A stretch of 64,000 bases of DNA from Minisyncoccia bacterium (GCA_964229335.1 CAXRCZ010000004.1:128001-192000), one strand, 5' to 3'. Positions 1-9,172 are shown, counted from the stretch's first letter. Numbers and translations: made by a program. Notes: generated by a model not told the origin, from the letters alone.

Positions 1-366
1 GCAAAGCGAAAAATAGTAGTACTCGGAGACATGCTAGAACTTGGCCGGTTCTCAACCGAAGAACACATCAAGCTAGGGAAGAGAATTCCACCAATTGCTA
101 GATTGCTTCTGACGGTTGGTATTAGAGCGCGTAGGTTTAGCGAAGGCGCACTAGATGCTGGAATGCCTGAGCAAAACATATTACAGTACGACAATGTCTC
201 CCATGCTGGAAAAGAGCTACAAAATATCCTTGAACCAGGAGATGTGGTGCTAATCAAAGCATCTCAAGGTATTCGTGCCGAGAAAATAGTAGAAGAAATA
301 ATGGCTAATCCAGATGACGCTCACAAAATCTTGGTGCGGCAAGATCAGGCCTGGCAAGAGCGATAA
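1..366 (+). CDS. murF: UDP-N-acetylmuramoyl-tripeptide--D-Ala-D-Ala ligase, C-terminal part (5'-truncated by window)
   Basis: Frame from base 1 reads KIVVLGDMLELG...GDVVLIKASQG, the MurF C-terminal signature. Confidence 0.9.
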   Translation, partial: AKRKIVVLGDMLELGRFSTEEHIKLGKRIPPIARLLLTVGIRARRFSEGALDAGMPEQNILQYDNVSHAGKELQNILEPGDVVLIKASQGIRAEKIVEEIMANPDDAHKILVRQDQAWQER

Positions 367-369
367 TAT

Positions 370-894
370 ATGGCTCTCAAGATTGCATCAGTTTTATTTC
401 TTATTATCCTCGCTGCCAGCGTCGCTACCTTTCAACCAGTAGAAAATAACTCTACTTTACCAGCACAAGAGAGTATTATCAGCACAGGTACTGTCGAAGT
501 CATTCGAGTGATAGATGGAGACACGATTGAAGTAAGTCAGGGAAGTGAGTCTGAAACAATACGATTAATCGGTATTGATGCTCCAGAAACTAGGTTCTCT
601 CCCCAAGGCGCCGAATGTTATGGTGCAGAAGCCGCTACTTATCTCAAAGAACTTTTGTCAGAACAATCATTAGTAGAATTTCGGTTTGACAACACCCAAG
701 ACGCTACAGACGACTACGGCCGCTACTTAGGGTATCTAAATTTTAACAATCGAGATCTTGGCTTAGCAATGATAGAGAGTGGTCATGCTCAAGAATTCAC
801 CTTTGTCAAACCCTACCAGCAGCAAGAGTTGTACCAACAAGCTGAACTGTTAGCTAGAGAAGAGAATCGTGGCATTTGGAGTGAATGCTACTAA
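370..894 (+). CDS. Thermonuclease (SNase) family protein, secreted
   Basis: Signal/TM N-terminus; VIDGDTI, IRLIGIDAPE, DDYGRYLGY, RGIW motifs. Confidence 0.9.
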   Translation: MALKIASVLFLIILAASVATFQPVENNSTLPAQESIISTGTVEVIRVIDGDTIEVSQGSESETIRLIGIDAPETRFSPQGAECYGAEAATYLKELLSEQSLVEFRFDNTQDATDDYGRYLGYLNFNNRDLGLAMIESGHAQEFTFVKPYQQQELYQQAELLAREENRGIWSECY

Positions 895-923
895 TTAGCT
901 ACTCTTACTATGGTAATTAGCTA

Positions 924-966
924 TAAATAAAACCTTTGGTAGCGTAAGTACCAAAGGTTTTATTTA
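924..966. terminator. Bidirectional intrinsic terminator
   Basis: Perfect 18-bp inverted repeat TAAATAAAACCTTTGGTA-7nt-TACCAAAGGTTTTATTTA between convergent genes. Confidence 0.8.
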
Positions 967-975
967 ATTTAGGGG

Positions 976-1479
976 TTAGCGCCAGAAGAATAGGAAATCT
1001 AGCAATTTCTGCCACCACGAGCTTTGGACTTCATTTATTACTTCTTCAAGAGCCGTAGTAGCGGTGTCTACTACTGTAGCTGGAGTTTCACCATCCAGTA
1101 CTACATCGGTAGTGATATCAGCCGCATTATTGTTAGTTATGGTAATGTCAGTGGCTTCAATGGTGTAGCTAGTAATCAAACCACTGTCTAAAGTAGCGTT
1201 AATCCGGCCTGGTCGATAATCTTCAGTCACCATTAGTGGTTCACCATCCTCTTCAACCACTCGAAAAGGAATATTGACGGTTCCAAGACTCTCCATCGCT
1301 TGCTCGGGCGTTTTACCTATAAGAGCCAATTCGCTCGATGCAGAAATAGCTTGCTCAACCTGATCAGCAAAATTTTCTTCCACCTCTGGTGATTGTGCCT
1401 GACTAACAAGTGGAATTAGAAAAGCCAATAAAGTAACTACAAGTATTCTCAAGGAATAGCGATTTGTTGCGTGTGTCAT
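976..1479 (-). CDS. Secreted hypothetical protein with protease-inhibitor (I78/potato I)-like loop
   Basis: Signal peptide; MVTEDYRPGRIN resembles the TxDYRxxR(I/V) reactive loop. Confidence 0.5.
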   Translation of the reverse strand: MTHATNRYSLRILVVTLLAFLIPLVSQAQSPEVEENFADQVEQAISASSELALIGKTPEQAMESLGTVNIPFRVVEEDGEPLMVTEDYRPGRINATLDSGLITSYTIEATDITITNNNAADITTDVVLDGETPATVVDTATTALEEVINEVQSSWWQKLLDFLFFWR

Positions 1480-1528
1480 ACGAGCAATATCTTGACACTA
1501 TTATTAATATTATACAAGGTAGCAGATT

Positions 1529-1622
1529 GTGAGCCTTCTCGTGATAGAACCTCCCAAATTTATTAACCTGTAAGGCTATTATGACCAGGGATAACAAAAT
1601 CTGAATTACCCTTCTCGAGCGT
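1529..1622. repeat. 94-bp direct repeat, copy 1
   Basis: Aligns without gaps to 2889-2982 (68/94 identical by hand count), with near-identical ends. Confidence 0.85.
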
Positions 1623-1991
1623 GTATGCAATAGAATTATTTGCCAACAATCCTTCTCCAAAAAGAAGTACTAAGAATGCAACTAGAACAGTCAAGGTGGC
1701 TATAATATTTGCCCACATTGATATTTTCACACTTCTTTCCTGGATTTTTTGAGATTTAATTTGTGCAGCCAAACTATCTTTTGCGTTCTGTTCCTGGATT
1801 TTTAATAATTCCTTTTGCGCTAAAAATGAATCAAGAGAATTTTTCTCCAACATTGTAATTATCGTTTTGCACTTAGTACACAAAAAGACTGTGTTGCCCG
1901 TAGCAGGTCCGCCAGTATTGTCTACATCAACATGAAGTTCCCAGTCGTGATCACAAGTTTTAAACTTGGCTCTGTTTTCCATTCTTCCCAT
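1563..1991 (-). CDS. Hypothetical protein, Zn-ribbon-like N-terminus plus TM
   Basis: CDH...CTKC, coiled segment, TM helix; TATAAT just upstream; C-terminus runs into the repeat. Confidence 0.6.
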   Translation of the reverse strand: MGRMENRAKFKTCDHDWELHVDVDNTGGPATGNTVFLCTKCKTIITMLEKNSLDSFLAQKELLKIQEQNAKDSLAAQIKSQKIQERSVKISMWANIIATLTVLVAFLVLLFGEGLLANNSIAYTLEKGNSDFVIPGHNSLTG

Positions 1992-2184
1992 ATAGTTAGT
2001 TACATTATAGAAAAATGTGGCAAAAGTGACACGCTATTAACTTTATTTTTATCAAGCCTAAGTTTCTCTTAATGTACCCTACCTACAAACTGTAAATACA
2101 GGAACATAGATAGTAGATCAATGTCTCTTAAGCTTGATATTTTAAAAAAAAGTTGTATCGTAAGACATAGAAAAGGAGGTCAAT

Positions 2185-2829
2185 ATGAAAAAAGTTTTTG
2201 CCTTCTGTGGAAGGCTCTTTGCTTTCATAATTCTCAACGCTTATTTGCTTGCCCACAACTTTCGGATGAGACTTTTGTATTGGCAGGCTATGTTTCGGCA
2301 AGATGACCTTATATCATTGCAAGAAGCTGTGATGGAGATGTTGCACGATTCTGGGTTAGAAAAAGAATTTGGTGTTAAGTTACATACCCAGCACAAGCCT
2401 GGATACGAGGTTGGTATAGGGAGGGAGCGCCAGGCTGACATCGCCTGGGAGGCTCCTATCTGTTTGACTATTCACGTTCAGGAAACACCTATTTTTGGCT
2501 TTTCCTTAGAAGTGTCTGGAAATATTCTCTGTATCAAACAAATGCAAGGTATTGCTGGCGTCAAGCTTCCTAATGAGCTGAAGAATATACCGATGTCGTT
2601 TGTTAAAGTCACTCAGCAATTTGTTGAAAATCATCCCAGATTTTTAACCTTGCGAATGACTTCTGCCAAAAATCGCTTCTGCTATTATTTTCCTTACGAG
2701 GTTACTCGTGATCAGGTGGTAGGAATACAGCAGAGAATGCAGCGTCGTTACGAGGGTACTGCTCGCCAAGCAGGCTTTCGGCGAGTCAATTGGCGATATT
2801 GGGAATGGAGAGCCAACAATGTACCTTGA
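2185..2829 (+). CDS. Hypothetical protein (weak VirK/DUF535-like segment)
   Basis: 214-aa ORF with AGGAGG RBS; ILCIKQMQG segment; followed by hairpin 2831-2859. Confidence 0.6.
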   Translation: MKKVFAFCGRLFAFIILNAYLLAHNFRMRLLYWQAMFRQDDLISLQEAVMEMLHDSGLEKEFGVKLHTQHKPGYEVGIGRERQADIAWEAPICLTIHVQETPIFGFSLEVSGNILCIKQMQGIAGVKLPNELKNIPMSFVKVTQQFVENHPRFLTLRMTSAKNRFCYYFPYEVTRDQVVGIQQRMQRRYEGTARQAGFRRVNWRYWEWRANNVP

Positions 2830-2888
2830 GGGCCGAAGAACCATCTTGATTCTTCGGCCTTTATCTATAATTAAAAGCTCTAAATTTA

Positions 2889-2982
2889 GTGAGCCTTCTC
2901 GAGATAGAACCTATCTGATGTATTGCCCTACAAGGTCATTTTGACTATCGGTCGTACAATTTAATTGACCCTTCTCGTGCGT
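2889..2982. repeat. 94-bp direct repeat, copy 2
   Basis: Ungapped match to 1529-1622, offset 1360 bp. Confidence 0.85.
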
Positions 2983-2992
2983 ACTAAAAACT

Positions 2993-3718
2993 CTAGACCT
3001 TTGGTGCGTAACAACATCGACACCATCCTATACCTTTTTCATTTGCATCATGTGCACATTCCTTACATGGTAGTATCTCCTGTTCGAGAGCTTCTTTAAT
3101 TGTAAAAACTTTCCCTTCCAGTTTCCTACATCCTTCACAAGATTGCTCTCTAGCGGTAATAACTTCAACTCCTTCAATTACTTCGCTCTTCTGGTAATCC
3201 TTTAAATCTTTTTCAAAGCTAAGTAATCTGATTTTAGTTGGATCTTTTCCTTCACTATGAAGAAATAAAGCTTGTTGAAAATGAATCCCACTTGCTAAGT
3301 CTGGGTACTTCATAATGAGTTTATTTGAAATTCCCCACGCAACGTCAGCGAACGATGGGTCTTTACCAAACTTTTCTATTAGGGCTTGAGTCTGTTGAAG
3401 AACTAGCTTATCAATTTCATTCTTTTCTATACCGAAGTTTCCTAATCCTCTTAAAAAACTCGTTACTGAATAGTACTTTTCTTTTTCTTTATCAAACTTG
3501 ACCACCTGTGATTCAGTTAATAGGACCTTTTCTTTAGTTTTATAGTGCGTTCGTACAATAATAGATTCGCCACAATGTGGACATTTCTTTTTACGACTTG
3601 GAAGCGGAGTAACTTCAGCAGCACAATAGGGACAAACTCCAGTAGAAAGTTCTGCTTTTGCAACTGCAGCTTTTTGAGAAGTATTTTTAGGTTTGAATAA
3701 ATTTGAAAAGAATGACAT
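2993..3718 (-). CDS. Double Zn-ribbon protein with C-terminal phage Mu gpF-like Cys motif
   Basis: CPYC, CPHC; CEGCRKLEGKVF...LP...CRC. Confidence 0.6.
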   Translation of the reverse strand: MSFFSNLFKPKNTSQKAAVAKAELSTGVCPYCAAEVTPLPSRKKKCPHCGESIIVRTHYKTKEKVLLTESQVVKFDKEKEKYYSVTSFLRGLGNFGIEKNEIDKLVLQQTQALIEKFGKDPSFADVAWGISNKLIMKYPDLASGIHFQQALFLHSEGKDPTKIRLLSFEKDLKDYQKSEVIEGVEVITAREQSCEGCRKLEGKVFTIKEALEQEILPCKECAHDANEKGIGWCRCCYAPKV

Positions 3719-3843
3719 AGGGTAATTCTATCAAAAGAAAAGTGACAAATGTGACATACCCCGATAGCCGTAACCTAATTGGTTTGCTGACTCTTATGAT
3801 ATTTGTAAAATAAAGTTACTGTTACAAGTTTTTAATAAATATT

Positions 3844-4293
3844 ATGAATTTAAAACCATATATAAACTTTTTTACCATGATTGGGATATCGTCAGTATGT
3901 ATGTATCTCACCATGTATCTGCACACCTACTCATGGGACCACGTCTTTTTTAGTGAGACTCGTCTATACATGAACTTCCTCATGACAGCCGTCATGGCCA
4001 TGGTAATGCTTTGGTTTATGCGCCACATGTATACTGATAAAAAACTAAATGCCTACATAGTAGGTGGAAGTATTGCGCTGTTCGCAGTTTCATTATTCCT
4101 CGTGAGAAGCCAAGTACTGGTTGATGACGTAGACTTTATGGAAGCCATGATTCCACATCATTCTATCGCCATCCTTACCAGTGAACGCGCGCAGATAACT
4201 GACCCGCGCGTACGTGAGTTGGCAGACGAAATAATTGAAGCACAACGGCGTGAAATTGATGAAATGAAACAACTTATTGAAGATCTAAAATAA
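3844..4293 (+). CDS. DUF305 family membrane protein
   Basis: Three TMs then FMEAMIPHHSIAI...IIEAQRREI. Confidence 0.85.
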   Translation: MNLKPYINFFTMIGISSVCMYLTMYLHTYSWDHVFFSETRLYMNFLMTAVMAMVMLWFMRHMYTDKKLNAYIVGGSIALFAVSLFLVRSQVLVDDVDFMEAMIPHHSIAILTSERAQITDPRVRELADEIIEAQRREIDEMKQLIEDLK

Positions 4294-4328
4294 CAAAAAG
4301 CGGACTCGTGAGAAGTCCGCTTTTTGTT
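4292..4328. terminator. Bidirectional terminator
   Basis: AACAAAAAGCGGACT...AGTCCGCTTTTTGTT between convergent DUF305 genes. Confidence 0.85.
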
Positions 4329-4342
4329 TTGGCAAAGTTTGT

Positions 4343-4927
4343 CTAGTCGTATTCAAGCTCTGCGTGAAGCTTTTGCATTACTTCAATTTCTCGCGTCTGA
4401 TTCACAATGATATTGTTGGTCAATTCTTTCATAACGTCATGCTCTAGATACGGTTGTATGTTACGTGACATCATAATCGCTCCCATGTGGTGCATCGACA
4501 TGTCGTGCAAGAAGATACTATCAAGTTCCGCTCCACTGTATGGATCCAAGTCGCGCATCATTGGTTGGTACGTTCCTGTATCCTTGTACGGCACCCCAAA
4601 CCATTCTTCGTAACTTTCTTTCATCAACGCAACCTCCACTGTTTGTGAAGAAATGATGTTGTTTGCCAGATCAATCATGCCTTGTGTCGTACCACCACGC
4701 TCGAGTATTTCTTTAGCAGTTGCAATAGCTTCCTCATGGTGAGGCACCATTTCCTCAATAAAGGCTTGTTCGCTCGTTATTGACATATTGCCATGCATCA
4801 TGCCACCGGCTTTTTCGTTTTCCATCATCTCTCCGCGCGACGTGTGCATTGGGTATTGAACAACTAAGAGTGCAACTAACGCACCAACGACTACGATAAG
4901 TGTACTTAGGAGAACTGTTTTATTCAT
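4343..4927 (-). CDS. DUF305 (CopM-like) Met/His-rich exported metal-binding protein
   Basis: Two MxxHH repeats (MVPHHEEAI, MSMHHMGAI); N-terminal TM. Confidence 0.85.
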   Translation of the reverse strand: MNKTVLLSTLIVVVGALVALLVVQYPMHTSRGEMMENEKAGGMMHGNMSITSEQAFIEEMVPHHEEAIATAKEILERGGTTQGMIDLANNIISSQTVEVALMKESYEEWFGVPYKDTGTYQPMMRDLDPYSGAELDSIFLHDMSMHHMGAIMMSRNIQPYLEHDVMKELTNNIIVNQTREIEVMQKLHAELEYD

Positions 4928-4931
4928 AACG

Positions 4932-5420
4932 TTAGAGCGTTAGATACGGGGACATGTCGCCCGCTTCTGATAATTGATAGATATTGTATGGCGCAGTTTT
5001 AATTCCTGGCATGCCAGGTGTGCCAATGGGCATGGAGGCAAGGCCAATACCGACCACGTCTGGCTTTTCAGTGAGCAGTTTTTGAAGTGCTTCCAAGGGA
5101 ACATGTCCTTCTACCACATATTCGCCGATGAGTGATGTATGACAACTCTCACCTTGTGTCGGGATGTTGTACGTTTTCTTTATCGCTCCCATGTCTTCTG
5201 TTTCTTCAATAACCACCTCAAAGCCCTCACGGCGCAGGGCTTCTGCATAACCAGTACAACATCCACAATTTGGATCCTTGTACATGGTTACAGTGTGGCC
5301 GCTACCGAACATGACCGTGTGTTCAGATTCTGTGTGTACGCTTTGATTCTTTGTGAAGAGATACGTACTTGCTCCGACTAGCGCAATCGCTATGGCAAGT
5401 ACGCCAATAGTTTTATTCAT
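4932..5420 (-). CDS. DUF411 (CopG-like) metal-binding protein
   Basis: YKDPNCGCC, SCHT, YVVEGHVP, MPIGTPGM. Confidence 0.9.
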   Translation of the reverse strand: MNKTIGVLAIAIALVGASTYLFTKNQSVHTESEHTVMFGSGHTVTMYKDPNCGCCTGYAEALRREGFEVVIEETEDMGAIKKTYNIPTQGESCHTSLIGEYVVEGHVPLEALQKLLTEKPDVVGIGLASMPIGTPGMPGIKTAPYNIYQLSEAGDMSPYLTL

Positions 5421-5459
5421 AAATTCTAGGTATAACTAATAAAAATACTAGTAGTCTAA

Positions 5460-5852
5460 CTAGAATAGTTTTGGATGAAGAATGCCGTTTGAAAACAGTT
5501 CCTGAAGAGGTCTGTAAGAGAATGAATAGGTTCTTTCCTTTAGCCACCTCGTAAGTACACATATTCTCCTTAGGCGCCGAGACGGTAAAAGATTCGGTAT
5601 GATTGTTGCAACATAAGCAGCCGCGAGAATGGAAGATAGTAAAAATGTGACTGTCTGGATAACCGCCAAAAATGTAGATTTCCAGGCACCAATATGGTCG
5701 CTAAGATTCATTGCACACACGACCTCTCCATGTTCCATAAAAGGACAATCGGACATGGATCCAGTCATATCCATACCGGCAGACATATTCAATAGACTCA
5801 GAGTCATTGCTCCGAGAAGAAACATCATCATTAAACCAGCTCCTACTTTCAT
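5460..5852 (-). CDS. Putative metal-sensing leader peptide 1 (GILHPK family)
   Basis: Start reassigned to the ATG 7 nt after TGCTATAAT; TM, Met/Cys/His loop, TM, then LQELFSNGILHPKLF; three paralogs in the window. Confidence 0.75.
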   Translation of the reverse strand: MKVGAGLMMMFLLGAMTLSLLNMSAGMDMTGSMSDCPFMEHGEVVCAMNLSDHIGAWKSTFLAVIQTVTFLLSSILAAAYVATIIPNLLPSRRLRRICVLTRWLKERTYSFSYRPLQELFSNGILHPKLF

Positions 5853-5860
5853 TGGGATGA

Positions 5861-6607
5861 TTATAGCATTGTGAATAACATCCACACCGCCATACCAACC
5901 ATCATAAGGTTTTCGGTAAGTGAGATAAAGCCAAGTGGAACGTTGGTGTCACCTCCAACACAGGCACATTTAAGTTCGCGCTTTTCTATATAAACGGCTT
6001 TAAACACTGACACTGCCCCAACGCCGCCGATAAAAAGTGCTACGGGGATAGAGATAACTGGCAGTACACCAGCAAACATCAGTAACCCTGCTGTGACTTC
6101 TGCGTAAGGATAGATATATCCATACGGTACCCACTTCCGAGCCAAAACATCATAGTTAAGAAACATCGTGGAAAAACCTTCAACATCGCGAAGTTTCATC
6201 AGTGCTAAAAGCACCATGGTGATAGAGATGAAGTGTGGAATGATCATTAGGTATCCATAGGCAAAACTAGTCATCACTCCAACAGCAACTGCCAACAATA
6301 ACCCGACCGCAAATATGGCGATGACTGGCTTGTACGTAGTGTCACCTGCTTTTAAGACATGCTTGCCAAAATACTCTCTAAGCTCTGTATGTCCACCGAT
6401 ACGCTTCCCGCCAATAAACGTTTGCGGTGTAGTCTCTACCTGATGTTCTTTTTTAAAAATATCAGTCTCCTCCCGAGTTTTGAGATGATGGTCTTCAACT
6501 TTATACCCATGAGATTCTAGAAGGTGTTTCGATTTCATTCCATAAGGACAGACATGCTTAGGCATAACCATTCGATACAAAACAGCTTTTTTTATTTCTT
6601 TACTCAT
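5861..6607 (-). CDS. Glutaredoxin-MauE/DoxX fusion membrane protein
   Basis: CPYG, TTPQTFIGG..IGG; membrane domain ending LKCACVG...EN. Confidence 0.85.
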   Translation of the reverse strand: MSKEIKKAVLYRMVMPKHVCPYGMKSKHLLESHGYKVEDHHLKTREETDIFKKEHQVETTPQTFIGGKRIGGHTELREYFGKHVLKAGDTTYKPVIAIFAVGLLLAVAVGVMTSFAYGYLMIIPHFISITMVLLALMKLRDVEGFSTMFLNYDVLARKWVPYGYIYPYAEVTAGLLMFAGVLPVISIPVALFIGGVGAVSVFKAVYIEKRELKCACVGGDTNVPLGFISLTENLMMVGMAVWMLFTML

Positions 6608-6801
6608 ACTTTTAGTGTACCAAACGTGTCAAGCTGTCACACTTCTGAGCATACACTCATTTTATTTACGCATTTTAGCCATATATTTATGCGTTGTAAA
6701 AAAATAATTTCAGTGTATCCTTAGCCATAAGCAAGCAACGGAAATCTAATGTAGGGGTTTCTGTATATGACAAAACTTATCAATTAGTTTTTTCGTTGCT
6801 T

Positions 6802-8103
6802 ATGCAGAAACTCATATGGACTACAGTCCAACGTCGTATAAACGACCTTATTCCCCAAGAGGTTAATCCTCGTAAAATCACTGACAAACAAATGTCAGAT
6901 CTTAAGCGTAGTCTTAAGAAATATAATTTAGTAGAAATCCCTGCGGTCGATGAAGACGGAAAGATATTGGCAGGACATCAACGTATTAAGGCGATGCAAC
7001 TACTTGGTCGTGGTGACGAGCTGGTAGATGTTCGTGTACCTAATCGTAAACTTACTAAAGAAGAGTCAGAAGAATATCTCATTGCATCAAACAAGCTTGG
7101 TGGAGACTGGGACTTTGACTCTCTTAAAACATTCGATTTCGACACACTTAGCTTTGCCGGTTTTGATGACACCGAATTATCAAACCTGTTCGACACCGAG
7201 GTTGAAGTAAAGGAAGAAAAGTTTGATGTAGAAGAAGAACTAAAGAAGATAAAAACACCTAAGACTAGGCTGGGCGATCTTATTACGCTTGGCAACCATC
7301 GAATCTTATGTGGAGACTCAACTAAGCCAGAAAACCTTAAACGTCTACTTGGTACCGAGAAAGCTTCGATGATATACAGTGATCCCGTCTACAACATCAA
7401 CGTAGATTACGATGGCGGTATTGGTGGAAGGAAGGATTATGGCGGTAATGTAAATGATAAGCGTAGCTTTGAAGAATATAAAAAATTCCTTAGTGACAGT
7501 CTCAAAGCCGCACTAGCGGTATCTGCTAAAAATACCCATGTTTTCTACTGGTGCGACCAAGTCTATATCGGTGTAGTTCAAGACATTTACCGTGAGAACA
7601 AAATACATAACAAGAGAGTCTGCTTATGGTTAAAGAACAACCAAAACCCTGTGCCAACGGTAGCTTTTAACAAGGTCTATGAACCAGTTGTGTACGGAAC
7701 TCGAGGAAAGCCATTCCTATCTACTCAGCATACCAATCTCACTGAAGTGTTGAACAAAGAATTGAGTACAGGTAATGAATTGCTTGAAGAAGTAGACGTC
7801 TTTGTAGATGTTTGGACAGCTAAGCGATTATCTGCAAAGGACTATGAGCACGCAACCTCAAAACCACCTACGCTACACGAGAAAGCTATTAGGCGTTGTA
7901 CGAAGATAAACGACATCATTCTCGATAGTTTTTTAGGTTCAGGTAGCACCCTAATTGCTGGCGAGCAGCTAAGGAGACGAGTCTTTGGCTGTGAACTTGA
8001 ACCACAGTTTTGTGATCTCATCATTCGACGCTATGAGAAGCTGACGGGAGTAAAAGCTAAGGTTGAACATGAAAAAGAACCAAGTACAACCAAAGTTCAT
8101 TAA
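6802..8103 (+). CDS. ParB-N domain plus N6/N4 DNA methyltransferase (phage/ICE type)
   Basis: NPR, ILAGHQR; HRILCGDS, SDPVY, HATSKP, LDSFLGSGST, ELEP. Confidence 0.9.
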   Translation: MQKLIWTTVQRRINDLIPQEVNPRKITDKQMSDLKRSLKKYNLVEIPAVDEDGKILAGHQRIKAMQLLGRGDELVDVRVPNRKLTKEESEEYLIASNKLGGDWDFDSLKTFDFDTLSFAGFDDTELSNLFDTEVEVKEEKFDVEEELKKIKTPKTRLGDLITLGNHRILCGDSTKPENLKRLLGTEKASMIYSDPVYNINVDYDGGIGGRKDYGGNVNDKRSFEEYKKFLSDSLKAALAVSAKNTHVFYWCDQVYIGVVQDIYRENKIHNKRVCLWLKNNQNPVPTVAFNKVYEPVVYGTRGKPFLSTQHTNLTEVLNKELSTGNELLEEVDVFVDVWTAKRLSAKDYEHATSKPPTLHEKAIRRCTKINDIILDSFLGSGSTLIAGEQLRRRVFGCELEPQFCDLIIRRYEKLTGVKAKVEHEKEPSTTKVH

Positions 8104-8542
8104 GGAACTAGCAAAGACTCCTATAGTATCTGTAGCTTGTGAGAAAGTGGGTATTTCTAGACAAACTGCATATCGCTGGATGAAAGAAGATGAAAAGTTC
8201 CTAGAGAAGGTTAAGGAAGCAATGAAAGAAGGTGTTAGTTTGGTTAATGATGTAGCTGAAAGTAACATCTTAAAAGGTATCAAGCAGGGAGATAAAGGAG
8301 ATACTAAGTATTGGCTCAGTCACCGACATGAGTCATTTAGAAAACCACATCGCCATCGTGACGCCCAGTTAGATTTCCTCACTTTTAAACTACTGGAACA
8401 ATATAGCTCCACTGATGCAACGTTTGATCCTTATTCAGAAGCTAAGAAGCAAGCTGCCAAAGCACGAGTTCGAGAAATGCTTGATAAGTGGAAGCCGTTT
8501 TTCCCCGACGAACCGACTAAGTGTAAAAAGCAGAAGAAATAG
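8069..8542 (+). CDS. HTH protein, terminase-small-subunit-like
   Basis: ACEKVGISRQTAYRWMKEDEKF; overlaps the end of the MTase as in phage packaging modules. Confidence 0.65.
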   Translation: MKKNQVQPKFIKELAKTPIVSVACEKVGISRQTAYRWMKEDEKFLEKVKEAMKEGVSLVNDVAESNILKGIKQGDKGDTKYWLSHRHESFRKPHRHRDAQLDFLTFKLLEQYSSTDATFDPYSEAKKQAAKARVREMLDKWKPFFPDEPTKCKKQKK

Positions 8543-9004
8543 TTATTCTGCTTTTACTAGCCAATCACAGGCTATCCAGCCAACTTGTCCTCCAGCATTT
8601 ATCTTGCAGTAATCATTTGCCTCATCGTAAGAAATGACTTCAACAACTGTATGTTCCTTTACTGCACCTATTTTCTTTCGGTCAGTATACGACTGCCAGA
8701 TATTAACTTCTTTTGGTGAGATGTATGCAAATTCTGTTGATTCAACTTTGTACGTTCCTAGTTCGAAGCTGCTTTCTCGTACAGGAGGTACGTATGTTCC
8801 GACGTCATAATTAGTATTGGGTGTACTGCTAGCATCGTTTATTGATGACATTACTACTGATGACATGACCCCAATAAACAATATGATGACTATCAATCCT
8901 CCTAGTCCAATACCTTGTTTGGCTCGACAATGAGGACATCGTCGTGCCTTCTTAGGAATGTCCATCTGACACTCTTTGCATTTCTTTGTTTGTTCGTTTG
9001 ACAT
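8543..9004 (-). CDS. Zn-ribbon/TM/SH3-like hypothetical protein
   Basis: CKEC..CPHC, TM, C-terminal YCKI...GQVGWI; start reassigned to ATG 9004. Confidence 0.65.
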   Translation of the reverse strand: MSNEQTKKCKECQMDIPKKARRCPHCRAKQGIGLGGLIVIILFIGVMSSVVMSSINDASSTPNTNYDVGTYVPPVRESSFELGTYKVESTEFAYISPKEVNIWQSYTDRKKIGAVKEHTVVEVISYDEANDYCKINAGGQVGWIACDWLVKAE

Positions 9005-9172
9005 TAAATTGTGGCTTACGTTTTTAAAAAGGAGCGGATACACAAAGCCCGCTACCAGGAGAGCCGAAGCTCCTACAAGAGTTTCCCCTTGCAACGTAAG
9101 CCACGCCCTGATAACGGGTTCTCTGTGGCTTACGTTTTCGTACCATACCGCCAGAAATCTGTCGGGTTAGGT
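9005..9172 (-). ncRNA. Candidate structured RNA leader
   Basis: 12-bp perfect stem, GAAA- and UUCG-capped hairpins, and a 15-nt direct repeat allowing alternative pairing. Confidence 0.5.

Noticed and set aside
1529-2982. 94-bp repeats as integron attC sites or intact tRNAs
   Set aside because: No RYYYAAC/GTTRRRY inverted cores, no tyrosine integrase, and no cloverleaf could be folded
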